Positions 45,184-59,975 of a DNA stretch of 64,000 bases are shown here, one piece after another. The position numbers were made by a program, and so were the translations under genes. Position 1 is the first letter of the stretch; the number at the start of each line of letters is the position of its first letter. The stretch comes from the human T2T-CHM13v2.0 reference genome, Homo sapiens: assembly GCF_009914755.1 (NCBI RefSeq), contig NC_060934.1. One strand, given 5' to 3'. The notes under the pieces are model-generated. The model did not search any database, had not been told where the DNA came from, and saw only the letters and a program-made list of their open reading frames with translations.

Positions 45184-45319
45184 AATCCCTCTTCCTGAGT
45201 TGAAAGATTCAGATAAGTTGGATAAGATAATGAATATGAAAGAAACCACCAAACGAGTGCGCCTTGGGCCGGACTGCTTACCCTCCATTTGTTTCTATAC
45301 ATTTCTCAATGCTTACCAG
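45184..45319 (+). CDS. TAF5: TAF5 exon 5
   Basis: cag/gttggt; RIPLPELKDSD...LPSICFYTFLNAYQ; 136 nt. Confidence 0.96.
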
Positions 45320-45426
45320 GTTGGTAAAAAAATTGGGCGATTTCTGCCTGGAGAGTCATGTAGGATGATGATTTACCATTAAGAGAGAAACAAATGTATT
45401 AGCTAAAATGGAGTTTCGTTATTTAA

Positions 45427-45633
<207 letters not shown>

Positions 45634-45667
45634 TAGCCAGGATGGTCTCGATCTCCTGACCTTGTGA

Positions 45668-45793
<126 letters not shown>

Positions 45794-45934
45794 TAGAAGT
45801 CAATGTTTAATGGCATTTGTTTCACCGATCAGAATTCTGCTAGCCTTTGAGGAGGAGCAAATTGTAGTTCATTTCTGTTGAACTTGGTTTAAGTACTTAC
45901 GTAAACTTATTTATCAATTTTTTTTTTTTTTTGA

Positions 45935-46048
<114 letters not shown>

Positions 46049-46510
46049 TAGCTGGGATTACAGGCACCCTCCACCATGCCTGGCTAATTTTTGTATTTTT
46101 AGTAGAGACAGGATTTTGCCGTGTTGCCCAGGCTGGTCTTGAACTCCTGACCTCAAGTGATCTGGCCGCCTCAGCCTCCCAAAGTGCTGGGATTACAGGC
46201 GTGAGCCACCGTGCCCAGCCATATAAACCTTATTTTATTTTATTATTTTAATTTAATTTCATTTTTTGAGATGGAGTCTTGCTCTGACACCTAGGCTGGA
46301 GTGCGGTGGTGCAATTTTGGCTCACTGCAACCTCCGCCTCCCAGTTCAAGTGATTCTCCTGCCTCAGCCTCCTGAGTAGCTGGGATTATAGGCATGAGCC
46401 ACCACGCCCAGCTAATTTTTGTATTTTCAGTAGAGAAGGGGTTTCACCAGGTTGACCAGGCTGGACTTGAATTCCTGAGCTCAGGCAATCCACCCGCCTC
46501 AGCCTCCTAA

Positions 46511-46873
<363 letters not shown>

Positions 46874-47020
46874 TAAATCAAGAATTTTAAAAGTCTTTAT
46901 ATATTCCTTAAAATAGAGGATTGAGGAGATATTTAGTATAGTGTGAAAATGATTAACATTTGCTTCCTATCTCTAAATATCCTAAAATAGTATTGTTTAG
47001 TCTAACCCTTTTATTGGCAG

Positions 47021-47141
47021 GGTCTCACTGCAGTGGATGTCACTGATGATTCTAGTCTGATTGCTGGAGGTTTTGCAGATTCAACTGTCAGAGTGTGGTC
47101 GGTAACACCCAAAAAGCTTCGTAGTGTCAAACAAGCATCAG
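47021..47141 (+). CDS. TAF5: TAF5 exon 6 (first WD40 repeat)
   Basis: cag/gtaact; GLTAVDVTDDSSLIAGGFADSTVRVW...; 121 nt. Confidence 0.96.
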
Positions 47142-48537
47142 GTAACTGAGATGACCTTTTGGAATGTGAACTTGCCATTAGTCTATACCAATCTTGATTC
47201 CATGGAAAATACACAGGAGATTGTGTTCTTTACAGAAATTCACTTGATTTTACTTTAACTCAAGATTCTAACATTCCCAACAGTGAAAAAAGCTTTGGAG
47301 TGACTGGGGTGCTAGACTGGTTTAATTTCTTTAGGTCTCAGTTTTCTCATCTGTAGAATGAGTGAGTATTAAGCTAAAAAACTTAAAGTTAAAAATCTAA
47401 CATTTTATGATTGCTTGTAAATCTTAAAAAATCTTTAAATAAGGGATGGTACTTCCTGTTTTAGTCATAAAAATGGCTAAAAAGAACAAATAAGGTCAGG
47501 ATTTTATTTGAAAGTTTTTTACTTTTTGTTTTTTTGAGACAGAGTCTCGCCCTGTCACCCAGGCTAGAGTGCAATGGCGCAGTCTTGGCTCACTACAGCC
47601 TCTACCTCCCAGGTTCAAGGGATTTTCTTGTGTCAGCTCCCCAGCTCCCCAGTAGCTGGGATTACAGGTGCCCACCACCATGCCCAGGTAATTTTTGTAT
47701 TTTTAGTAGAGATAGGGTTTCGCCATGTTGGCCAGGCTGGTCTCGAACTCCTGACCTCAAGTGATCCGCCTGTCTGGCCTCCCAAAGTGCTGGAATTATA
47801 GGTGGCTCACTGCAACCTCCACCTCCCTGGTTCAAGCGATTTTCCTGCCTCCACACCCGGCCTGAAATAAAGTTTTTTACTAACTATATTATTTAAATAA
47901 AACAATATATTTTAAATTATTTCAATATTTCCATAGGTTTTTTTTTTTTAATTTTAAATTTTTTTTAGATGGGGTCTCACTCTGTTGCCCAGGCTAGAAT
48001 GCAGTGGTGTGATCACGGCTCACTGCAGCCTCTAATCCCTGGGCTGAAGTGATCCTCCCACTTCAGCCTCCTGAGTAGCTGAGACTACAGGTGTGTGCAA
48101 CCACACTGGCTAATTTTTTATTTTTTGTAGAGACAGGGTTTCTCCATGTTGTCCAGGCTGGTCTCGAACTCCTCTGGGCTCAAGCAATCTGCCCGCCTTG
48201 GCCTACCAAAATTCTGAGACTACAGGTGTGAGCCACCATGCCTGGCCCATAGTTTTCATTTTGTGAAACACTGTGGCATAGTGGGCAAAACTGAGTTTCA
48301 GTTCTGGTTCCCACACTGAGTAGCTGTGTGCACTCTAGCAAATTATCTGTTCTGAACGTCATTTTCTTCTCTTACACGCTGAGATGATACTGCCTAATTT
48401 AGAGGGATTAGCAAAGTGCGGTTGGTATATAGGAGGAAATTTTCAAATGTTAATTCCTCTCCTGCACTGTGATATGATTACTTTAAAAGTTTTGATGAAT
48501 GTACTTATAAAATATCAATATTTCTGGACCATTTTAG

Positions 48538-48667
48538 ATCTTAGTCTTATAGACAAAGAATCAGATGATGTCTTAGAAAGAATCATGGATGAGAAAACAG
48601 CAAGTGAGTTGAAGATTTTGTATGGTCACAGTGGGCCTGTCTACGGAGCCAGCTTCAGTCCGGATAG
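48538..48667 (+). CDS. TAF5: TAF5 exon 7
   Basis: tag/gtaaaa; DLSLIDKESDD...LYGHSGPVYGASFSPDR; 130 nt. Confidence 0.96.
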
Positions 48668-49624
48668 GTAAAATACAAACAATAAAAATTAAATACTGCT
48701 ATGTTATATTGAAATTATATAAAAGTTAACTACTGGAAACATTATGCAAATGCTGGGAAAATTCTGATAAAAATCTCATGGTTGTCTGACGTTCATCATC
48801 TTTTAGAATCTTGCCATTTGCTAATTCATCTTTGAATCCTGGTGTTTGTACATGGTAGCAATTTAATGTATACTCACTTTTTTTTTTTTTTTTTTTGAGA
48901 CAGTTTCGCTCTTGTTGCCCAGGTTGGAGTGCAATGGCGTGATCTTGGCTTACCGCAACCTCCGCCTCCTGGGTTCAAGCGATTCTCCTGGCTCAGCCTC
49001 CTGAGTAGCTGGGATTACAGGCATGCGCCACCACACCTGGCTAATTTTATTTTTTTATTAGAGATGGGGTTTCTCCATGTTGGTCAGGCTGGTCTTGAAC
49101 TCTCAACCTCAGGTGATCTGCCCACCTCAGCCTCCCAAAGTGCTGGGATTACAGGCGTGAGCCACTGTGCCTGGCCTGTATACTCAAATTTATAGAATCA
49201 AAATGCACAGTTTCAGGGCTTACTGGTTTTAAAAATTAGCTTTAGTATTTCCCTTTTTTTTTTTAATTATTTTTATTTGTTACCCAATGGTAAATAACCA
49301 ACCAAAGCTTTAGTTTTATAGAACTCCATTAGGGGTTGAATTGCTTCATTGGGTCCCTGCATTGTGTCTTCTGGCTGCTTCATCAAATTTAAGACAAATT
49401 CCTGACATTAATGGCATATTAGCTAGTAATTGAGGATTAATCTTTCTATAATCAAAAGTACTAAGAGTAAATGAAAAAGGAAATTCAAAATTGGTTTGCT
49501 TCCCTTTAGGTGTATGATTACAATGTCATCCTATGTGTATAGGTATTTGCCTATTTTTCATGATCTCTAACACTGTAAAAATGGGTGGAGGGTGTTTTGT
49601 ATTCATAATACCATCAGTATATTA

Positions 49625-49927
<303 letters not shown>

Positions 49928-50623
49928 TCAAAAAAAGAAGAAAAGAAAAAAAGATAATAGCTTTCCATCCATCAAGGTTTCATCATTACGAAACTTTGAG
50001 AATTAGGTTTTTTGTTGCTTGATAAGGTTTTGCCAGATGATACATTTTTGAGGGAAACGTCTGATTTCAGTGAAAATTGTAATAACCTTCTGACTATCAA
50101 TCTTTTGTGTTTATGCTTGAAAAAGGTAGAGAATTATTAGCATGTCTGTAGTTTTTTTTTCTTTTTCTTCAAAAGACATTTCCTTTTTAATTCTTACATA
50201 GCTTACACAGCATGGGAAAATAGCATCTTTATTTTAGGGTCAAAAATTGTTGAGTTTTAAGTGACATATCACATTTCTTAAACTTTCTCAATTGACCTTA
50301 TTTGACTATACTTTGTTAATTACCCCTGCTATTTTTTTCTTGTAAAGAACTCTGATTTTCCCTAAGTTTTTGTATCATATTACCTCATTCAGTAGGTGCT
50401 CGGTATATGTAGAGTGTCAGGGTTAACATTAGTTTGGTTAGTTCTTTCAATTGATACCTACTGTGAATTGCGTGTATGAATTAAAAGTGAGATGCAGCAT
50501 GTTAGGTATATTTAATATAGTCAAATGTATATAAAATATTAAATGTATTCAAATGTATATAAAACTGGGCAGGTGACCAAAGGTTACTCTGGGAGTCAAA
50601 TATATCACCTTCTCTTCTCTCAG

Positions 50624-50788
50624 GAACTATCTGCTTTCCTCTTCAGAGGACGGAACTGTTAGATTGTGGAGCCTTCAAACATTTACTTGTTTGGTGGGAT
50701 ATAAAGGACACAACTATCCAGTATGGGACACACAATTTTCTCCATATGGATATTATTTTGTGTCAGGGGGCCATGACCGAGTAGCTCG
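50624..50788 (+). CDS. TAF5: TAF5 exon 8 (WD40)
   Basis: cag/gtaaga; NYLLSSSEDGTVRLWS...GHDRVAR; 165 nt, symmetric phase 2. Confidence 0.96.
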
Positions 50789-51112
50789 GTAAGAACACTG
50801 TGATCTTATGACTGGGTCTATTCAATGAACAGAATGGTTTCTTGTTGGGAATTACACAGCCAGCCAAATTCATTTACACTTCCATTATTGAGGTTCAACT
50901 TTCTGAGAAGCTTTTGCATTTATAACTTATTTGAAATTGGGGCCGGGCGCAGTGGCTTATGCCTGTAATCCCAGCACTTTGGGAGGCCGAGGTGGATGGA
51001 TCACCTGAGGTCAAGAGTTTGAGACCAGCCTGGCCAACATGGTGGAACCCCGTCTCTACTAAAAATACAAAAATTAGCCGGGCGTGGTGGTAGGCACCTG
51101 TAATCCCAGCTA

Positions 51113-51271
<159 letters not shown>

Positions 51272-51928
51272 TTATTATATCTGCAATTACATCTATATGA
51301 ATCCTGGTTTTTAAAAAATAGTTAATTAACAATCCTCCCTCCCAACCCCATCAGATACTTAACCTTGTCTTCCATACCACTGTGAGCACCTTTATGTTTC
51401 TCTGTCATCTGCTTAGAAGTTGAGGATAAGGTAGTTCAGGTTAGAAACTATTTGGCCAGGTGCAGTGGCTCACGCCTGTAATCCCAGCACTTTGGGAGGC
51501 CAAGGAGGGCAGATAACTTGAGGCCAGAAGTTCCAGACCAGCCTGGCCAACATGACGAAACCCCGTCTCTACTGAAAAAAAAAACAAAAATTAGCCGGGT
51601 GTGGTGGCACGTGCCTGTAGTCCCAGCTACTCAGGAGGCTGAGGCAGAATTGCTTGAACCCAGGAGGCAGAGGTTGCAGTGAGCCGAGATTGCACCACGG
51701 CATTCTAGCCTGGATGACAGAGTGAGACTGTCTCAAAACAAAACAACTATTTGGTGGCCAGAACTAGGGGAAAATACTTTTCTGTGGTTTAGACTAGGAA
51801 TAGAGGAGGAAGAATATACAGAGAATTGGAGTTCTAGAACTTAAGTTTTGGCTGGCTACAGTGGTACACGCCTATAGTCCCGGCTACTGGGGAGGCTGAG
51901 GTGGGAGGATTGCTGGAACCGAGTTTGA

Positions 51929-52141
<213 letters not shown>

Positions 52142-52473
52142 TAGTAAAGACGGTGTTTCACCATGTTGGTCAGGCTGGTCTCGAACTCCTGACCTCGTGA
52201 TCTGCATGCCTCGGCCTCCCAAAGTGCTAGAATTGTAAGCGTGAGCCCCCATGCCTGGCAAGACCTCAGCTTAAAAAAAAAAAAAAAATTGTACCAGATG
52301 AACTCTTAGGACTGTGAGTCTCATTTTTCTTCCCCTCAGTTAACTAGTAAGTGGGGGGCCCACTCAGAACTAACTTTTTATGTGGATGTTTCTGTATTTA
52401 TTTTGTATAGATTTTTGGCGTTTCACAGCTATCTACTAATTGTCATCTTTTGCTTTCAATAACTTTATAAAAG

Positions 52474-52651
52474 GCTCTGGGCTACAGACCACTATCAGCC
52501 TTTAAGAATATTTGCCGGCCATCTTGCTGATGTGAATTGTACCAGATTCCATCCAAATTCTAATTATGTTGCTACGGGCTCTGCAGACAGAACTGTGCGG
52601 CTCTGGGACGTCCTGAATGGTAACTGTGTAAGGATCTTCACTGGACACAAG
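52474..52651 (+). CDS. TAF5: TAF5 exon 9 (WD40)
   Basis: aag acceptor/gtattt donor; LWATDHYQPLRIFAGH...FTGHK; 178 nt. Confidence 0.95.
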
Positions 52652-52819
52652 GTATTTTACACTCTTACTATTCCAGCATCCAAGGTTGCTTTCAAAATAA
52701 AAATATTTTTTAAACAAGTGACACATAAATTTTAAAGATACCATTCTTACTACAAAACTTTAAAATTTTGTCTTATTTTCCTAGACATACTTTGATCTTT
52801 TCTATGAACTTTTTTCTAG

Positions 52820-52997
52820 GGACCAATTCATTCCTTGACATTTTCTCCCAATGGGAGATTCCTGGCTACAGGAGCAACAGATGGCAGAGTGCTTCTTTGG
52901 GATATTGGACATGGTTTGATGGTTGGAGAATTAAAAGGCCACACTGATACAGTCTGTTCACTTAGGTTTAGTAGAGATGGTGAAATTTTGGCATCAG
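52820..52997 (+). CDS. TAF5: TAF5 exon 10 (WD40)
   Basis: tag/gtaaat; GPIHSLTFSPNGRFLATG...GEILAS; 178 nt. Confidence 0.96.
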
Positions 52998-53304
52998 GTA
53001 AATGACTATTAATGGCTTTACGATAAATGCTATGTTAAGAGGAAACAGTGTTGACGACTGCAATACTAAGTCCTTATGTTTTAGGTTTTACTTCCCTTTA
53101 GCTATGATTCCAGAGTGTCATCCTACATCAATCACTTCTCAGGTTAAAGTACTGCTTGATAATGCTCCTTAGGAAGGAATAGAGTTATTGGTCAAGTTTA
53201 GATTTTTCACCCAAAATGTACAGTAAATACATAGTGTAGTGGACAAAATGTCCGAATGTAAATATGATGGATGCAACTAATGGTTTCCTTTGACTTCCCC
53301 TTAG

Positions 53305-53522
53305 GTTCAATGGATAATACAGTTCGATTATGGGATGCTATCAAAGCCTTTGAAGATTTAGAGACCGATGACTTTACTACAGCCACTGGGCATATAAATT
53401 TACCTGAGAATTCACAGGAGTTATTGTTGGGAACATATATGACCAAATCAACACCAGTTGTACACCTTCATTTTACTCGAAGAAACCTGGTTCTAGCTGC
53501 AGGAGCTTATAGTCCACAATAA
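53305..53522 (+). CDS. TAF5: TAF5 exon 11 coding part (ends ...LAAGAYSPQ*)
   Basis: tag acceptor; TAA at 53520-53522; all exons total 2403 nt = 800 aa + stop. Confidence 0.97.
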
Positions 53523-54332
53523 ACCATCGGTATTAAAGACCTTTTGGAAGCTACTGTTTTTAAAAAGGGAGACTAAAAGCAAATACCTCAGTGATTAATA
53601 TTTAAGCTACAGAGAATGTTTTTGTCTATATGGATCTGGAAGTATGCTGCTTGGAAAAATCTGAACAGGACAGTTCCACGTTTCTATAGCAACCACATTT
53701 GACTAATTTCCGTTAGTTGAATAAGAGGTATTATGATCATGGAGGGGACATTTATGGTGCTTTGGATTGTGTGGAAACTATGCATTTTCTGTTCAAATGC
53801 TATTTTAATTTATTACATTTAGAAAAAAAGTTGATTTCAATAATTCATCCTGCTTCAAGATTCAAATTCAGAAATATACTATCATCTTGAATTTTAGCTG
53901 AAGAATCCTATGAGCATGTATGTTTCTGCTGTAAAAACGTAGTTACTGTATGGCACTCAAAAACTATGTTAAATGATCCACTAACTTTTTTTTTCTTGGC
54001 CCATGATTAATGGAATGTATGTAACTAGGTAGGGTTCCTTTCTTAGATCTAGAGGAAGTACAGCCACCCACTGACATCTGAATTTATATACCTGTTGAGT
54101 TTTGAGTGCACCCAAACACTCGATAAACCAGGTGAAGAAATTTAGCTTCCATGTTCTACTTCAGCTAAAACAGCTACATACAACCTAGTACACTTGAAGT
54201 CAGACAGACATTTCAGTTGCTTACCTCCAGTACTGAGCCTTGCTTTGGGAAACTAAAAGATTTAGACCAAGTCACTGCCAGTTTTTGCCTTTGTTGCATT
54301 TTGTACAGTTTTTATATTTTTGATATCTTGTA

Positions 54333-54338
54333 AATAAA
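54333..54338 (+). terminator. TAF5 distal polyadenylation signal AATAAA
   Basis: Canonical hexamer at the end of an AT-rich ~0.8 kb 3' UTR, with upstream TGTA and a downstream T-rich tract. Confidence 0.8.
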
Positions 54339-54349
54339 GACAACCAGCT

Positions 54350-54465
54350 TTTCCAGGTTCATAATTTATTGTACAAATTGAATTATCACATGATGAGTTG
54401 GCATTAGCTTCTCCAGGCATGGGAACTTAACAGATGAGGTTAAGAACCGTAGACAGTTTAAAATC
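54350..54465 (-). other. ATP5MK: ATP5MK terminal non-coding (3' UTR) exon
   Basis: ttgctttgtttatag|GATTTT acceptor at 54466; AATAAA inside; 3' end approximate. Confidence 0.8.
54365..54370 (-). terminator. ATP5MK polyadenylation signal AATAAA
   Basis: TTTATT on plus; ~95 nt into the ATP5MK last exon; GT/T-rich tract downstream on minus. Confidence 0.85.
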
Positions 54466-54607
54466 CTATAAACAAAGCAAACAGTTTAGATACAAATGTG
54501 GCCAGCTTTACTCTTAAGACACTCAAGAATTACTAAGGTAACATGAACCCACTGAAACTGAATGCGAATTTATTAGATTGTCAAAGATGTAACACCAAAA
54601 AAATTAA

Positions 54608-54937
<330 letters not shown>

Positions 54938-54959
54938 TAACCTAACATTCCACCTTTAA

Positions 54960-55382
<423 letters not shown>

Positions 55383-55409
55383 TAATATAAAAAATTGGGC
55401 AAAATACTA

Positions 55410-55568
<159 letters not shown>

Positions 55569-55789
55569 TCACTTGAGCCCAGGAGTTTGAGAGCAGCCTG
55601 GGCAACATCACAAAACCCTGTCTACCAAAAGAAAATACAAAAATTAACTGGGTGTGGTGGCATGCACCTGAAATCCCAGCTATTCAGGAGGCTGAGGCGG
55701 GAGGGTCACTTGAGCCCGGGAAGCAGAGGTTGCAGTGATCTGAGATCGCACCACTTCACTCCAGCCTGGGCAACAGAGCTAGAGTCTCA

Positions 55790-56041
<252 letters not shown>

Positions 56042-56782
56042 TCATGCCATTGCACTCCAGCCTGGGCAACAAGAGTCAAACTCCATCTCAAAAAAAAAAA
56101 AGTCTGCGAAGGAGAGCTACATCAGATGAAGATCTGGCATTTGGGCTTTCCACATATCACCCATTGCCAACACAACAGATATTTAAAGGGTGGGCAAATG
56201 GGGGTTGGAGGATTATAAGAAAATAAAACCTATGGGGATTTAAGGAAAAGACAGAATTACATAAACATTGGAAACAAACTAGAAAAAGAAATATTTGCAA
56301 CTGATATAAAAGGTTGGTTAATGATTACATAGAGCTTCCAAGTCACCCAATTGATAAATAAAAACATGTATAGAATGAATTGTATTTTCAAGAAAAATGC
56401 AAACAGTAAACACAGAAAAACATGCCCTTCAAAAAGCAAAAAACACAATTTTTTTTACTCATCAAATTAGCAAAAACCAGAAACTTACATTTCACATTGG
56501 CTGGGCAAAAGACACACCCATTTACAAAGCTGGGTACCTCATAATTGGGAAAGCACTTTTGCCTAAGATGACAATCCTAGATATAGACAAGGCTTCATGC
56601 TCAAAAGCATTCATTGTAGTATTACTAATTCTAATGGGAACGAGAGTTCCTCTCTGAAATAGTTCATATATTTATAAACAGACATGCATTCAAATTAAAG
56701 ATATATTTGGTATAAGACAAAATTACAGACGTGATCATAGTCACTGGAAACCAAACAAAATACATGTAACAAAAACTGTTAG

Positions 56783-57224
<442 letters not shown>

Positions 57225-57492
57225 TAATTTTTGTTTTTTGGTAGAGATGGGGTTTCATCATGTTGCCCAGGCTGGTCTTGAACTCCTGGGCTCAAGTCAT
57301 CTGCCCGCCTTGGCCTGCCAAAGTGCTGGGATTACAGGTATGAGCCACTATACTAGGCCTCTGTATTTTTTTTTCTTGTATGCTATAAATTTTGCAAAAT
57401 GACAATGGTTTATTTTTATACTAAATGTTAGGGAAAAATCCTAACATCAAAATGGCTAAATTATAAAGGTTTAAATGTCAACTTCTTACCAT

Positions 57493-57582
57493 TTATGTTG
57501 CTTTCACAGCTGGAGTTTTTTTGGACCTTAACTTGAAATATAAGACAATCAATGCAATGCTTCCATATGTGGCCAGTACACA
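57493..57582 (-). CDS. ATP5MK: ATP5MK (USMG5/DAPIT) coding exon B: CVLATYGSIALIVLYFKLRSKKTPAVKAT*
   Basis: cag acceptor; single hydrophobic TM segment; TAA, then donor 3 nt later (exon ends 57490). Confidence 0.96.
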   Translation of the reverse strand, partial: CVLATYGSIALIVLYFKLRSKKTPAVKAT

Positions 57583-57669
57583 CTGAGAAAGAAAGAAAAA
57601 AGTAAACAAGACTTGTTGTTCCATCTATATTATTTTAAAATATAACTGCTTAAAGTTATCAATACTTAC

Positions 57670-57756
57670 GTTCATTCTACCTGTGAGAGTATAAGAGTTG
57701 AAATATTTTTTAATACCAGTGAACTGGTATTGCGCATCACTTTCTGGACCTGCCAT
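57670..57756 (-). CDS. ATP5MK: ATP5MK coding exon A: MAGPESDAQYQFTGIKKYFNSYTLTGRMN
   Basis: ATG at 57756 (exon starts 57765); gtaag donor; 87+90 nt = 58 aa ATP synthase membrane subunit k. Confidence 0.96.
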
Positions 57757-58599
57757 GATTTCAATCTTTTAAAAAAAGAAAGAAAGCAACATTAAATTGG
57801 TTTGGATGTAATTTAAAAGTAAATAAATTTTGTCTTGTTTTAGTCTAAAAACTCAAGGTCACTGCATATAAATACTGTAAATTTTTATCTATATCTCACC
57901 CAACACAGTAGTAGCAAAGATGGTGGAAAAAGCCTTCCTGATAAGAAAAGCTTTTGGAAGTAGGATTTTACCTTGATCGCTATTTCATGAACACCTCAGA
58001 ATACATCAAATCACACAATAGCCCCTGCTAAGTTCATTCTCTGACCCAATACAGCTTAATATTTTCATTCCTGGCTCCATCACACCACAGTCCATTGAAT
58101 TAATCCATTTTAAGGCTACTCAAAAATTGGAGCTGGTATTTTTCAAACATTCAACGGGTGACCATCAACTAAACAGCTCAATTACAACCCCTACTTATAC
58201 AATTTTTCTTGTTATAAGTAATTTAGGACCTCCATGGGAGAAGGGAGAAGGGATAATTTATTAAATGGAGTTAATAATAGCTACTGGTGGTAGTAAGGAA
58301 GCTGGAATCCTTGCACCACCACCAAAATAGATAAAAGATTTAAATGTAAATAGTGAAACCAAAAAGTCCTGGAAGAAAACATGGGGAAATATTTAAGTCA
58401 TCTCAGGGAAGGGAAAATATTAAGAAAAAAAGCCAAAAACCAAAAAAAACATAAAACCTATTAGTCAAAGAAATGTAAAATGAGATCAATATTTAATCAT
58501 CAAACAAGCAAAAATAAAATTATGGTAAGTAGTAGTATTAAGTATGTGAGAAAACTAAGAATTCTCTCTCTGTTGCTTGGAGTATAAACTGGTAAAACC

Positions 58600-59011
<412 letters not shown>

Positions 59012-59248
59012 TTACCCTTATTGAAATATTACAAAGTGGAAACACATTGTGTGGTTCAAAGATGGTCAATGAAATACTGTTTATGAAAATCTTAAAAGTC
59101 CATCTATAGAAGACTGATTAAAAAATGATGGTTTCCATTAAACGACACACAACAGGCACAGATCTTTGTGTACTGACATGGGAAGATGTCCCAAGTAACG
59201 TTCAATTTTGTAAGAAAAAATCTTATTTCTGGATTTTATAAAGCACGT

Positions 59249-59415
59249 CAATGGTTCTGGGTCTTGTCCCTAGACCAGCAGCATTAGCATCACTGGAAAC
59301 TTGTTAGTGCAAATTCTTAGGCCCTACCTATTGAATCAGAAACTCTGGGTCCAGGAATCTATTTTAATAAGGCTTCTAGATAATTCTAAAGCATGCTAAA
59401 GTTTGAAAAATACTG
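59249..59415. mobile_element. MER5-like hAT-Charlie MITE
   Basis: accagcagcattagcatcactggaaacttgttag...gaatcagaaactctgg...aagtttgaaaaatactg pattern. Confidence 0.7.
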
Positions 59416-59498
59416 CAGTAAATGAAATAGAAAAATAGTAAGTGTATTAAAAAAAACTCTGGAAGAATATATAGCAAAGGCAGCTTAATCTATAGTAC

Positions 59499-59694
59499 CT
59501 GTGTATTTTACAAAGGCATGAATTTCTTTTATAGACAAGACGTATTCAAAAGGTCACCAGAACAAGAGCTGAAAATTCGTATGCATGACCGCCTATCTAC
59601 CACGACCGACGCCACGCCGAGTCGATTGGCAGCACAGACGAGCCGGTCGAGGTCCGGTCGAGATTGGTAGGCAGTGACAGTGACTCAGCTGGGT
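59499..59694 (-). other. ATP5MK: Probable alternative 5'-UTR exon of ATP5MK containing the miR-1307 hairpin
   Basis: CAG|gtac donor at 59498; candidate AG acceptor at 59696-59695 (alternative AG at 59722-59721); acceptor uncertain. Confidence 0.55.
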
Positions 59695-59701
59695 CTTGAT
59701 G
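59553..59701 (-). ncRNA. MIR1307: pre-miR-1307 (5p 59641-59661, 3p 59601-59622)
   Basis: Minus strand contains UCGACCGGACCUCGACCGGCU and ACUCGGCGUGGCGUCGGUCGUG, matching recalled miR-1307 arms; CpG-rich hairpin in AT-rich DNA. Confidence 0.93.
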
Positions 59702-59946
59702 AAATGGAAGAGGGAGATATCTGTCAGGGAGTCATTACTATGGAAACTGGAACTCCCCCATTCAAAGGCTTTCAGAGGCATTCTTGTGTAAAGAATTGGC
59801 AATGAAAATTTGAGAAAAATGACCTTAATTTTCAAGTTTCAAGAAGGTTCTTGGAGCAATGAAGGAAATCCAAACTTCCTTAGGCCTCTTCAGAGACCTT
59901 GGCCAGTCTAGCCCAAGTAGGAAAATCTCCATTAAAAATAACTTTA

Positions 59947-59975
59947 TACACTTGATCTTAGCCAACAGAAGCGAT
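59947..59975 (-). pseudogene. 3'-truncated U2 snRNA retro-fragment flanked by ~15-bp direct repeats
   Basis: Minus reads ATCGCTTCT-G-TTGGCTAAGATCAAGTGTA versus U2 nt 1-35; flanks AAAAATAACTTTATA (59934-59948) and AAAAGCAACTTTATA (59976-59990). Confidence 0.85.

Noticed and set aside
44939-45382. 147-aa ORF running through TAF5 intron 4
   Set aside because: TTG start, out of frame in exon 4; the 112-nt intron would shift frame if retained
57669-57669. ATP5MK c.87+1 donor, recalled as the site of a Leigh-syndrome splice variant
   Set aside because: The sequence has the normal GT donor
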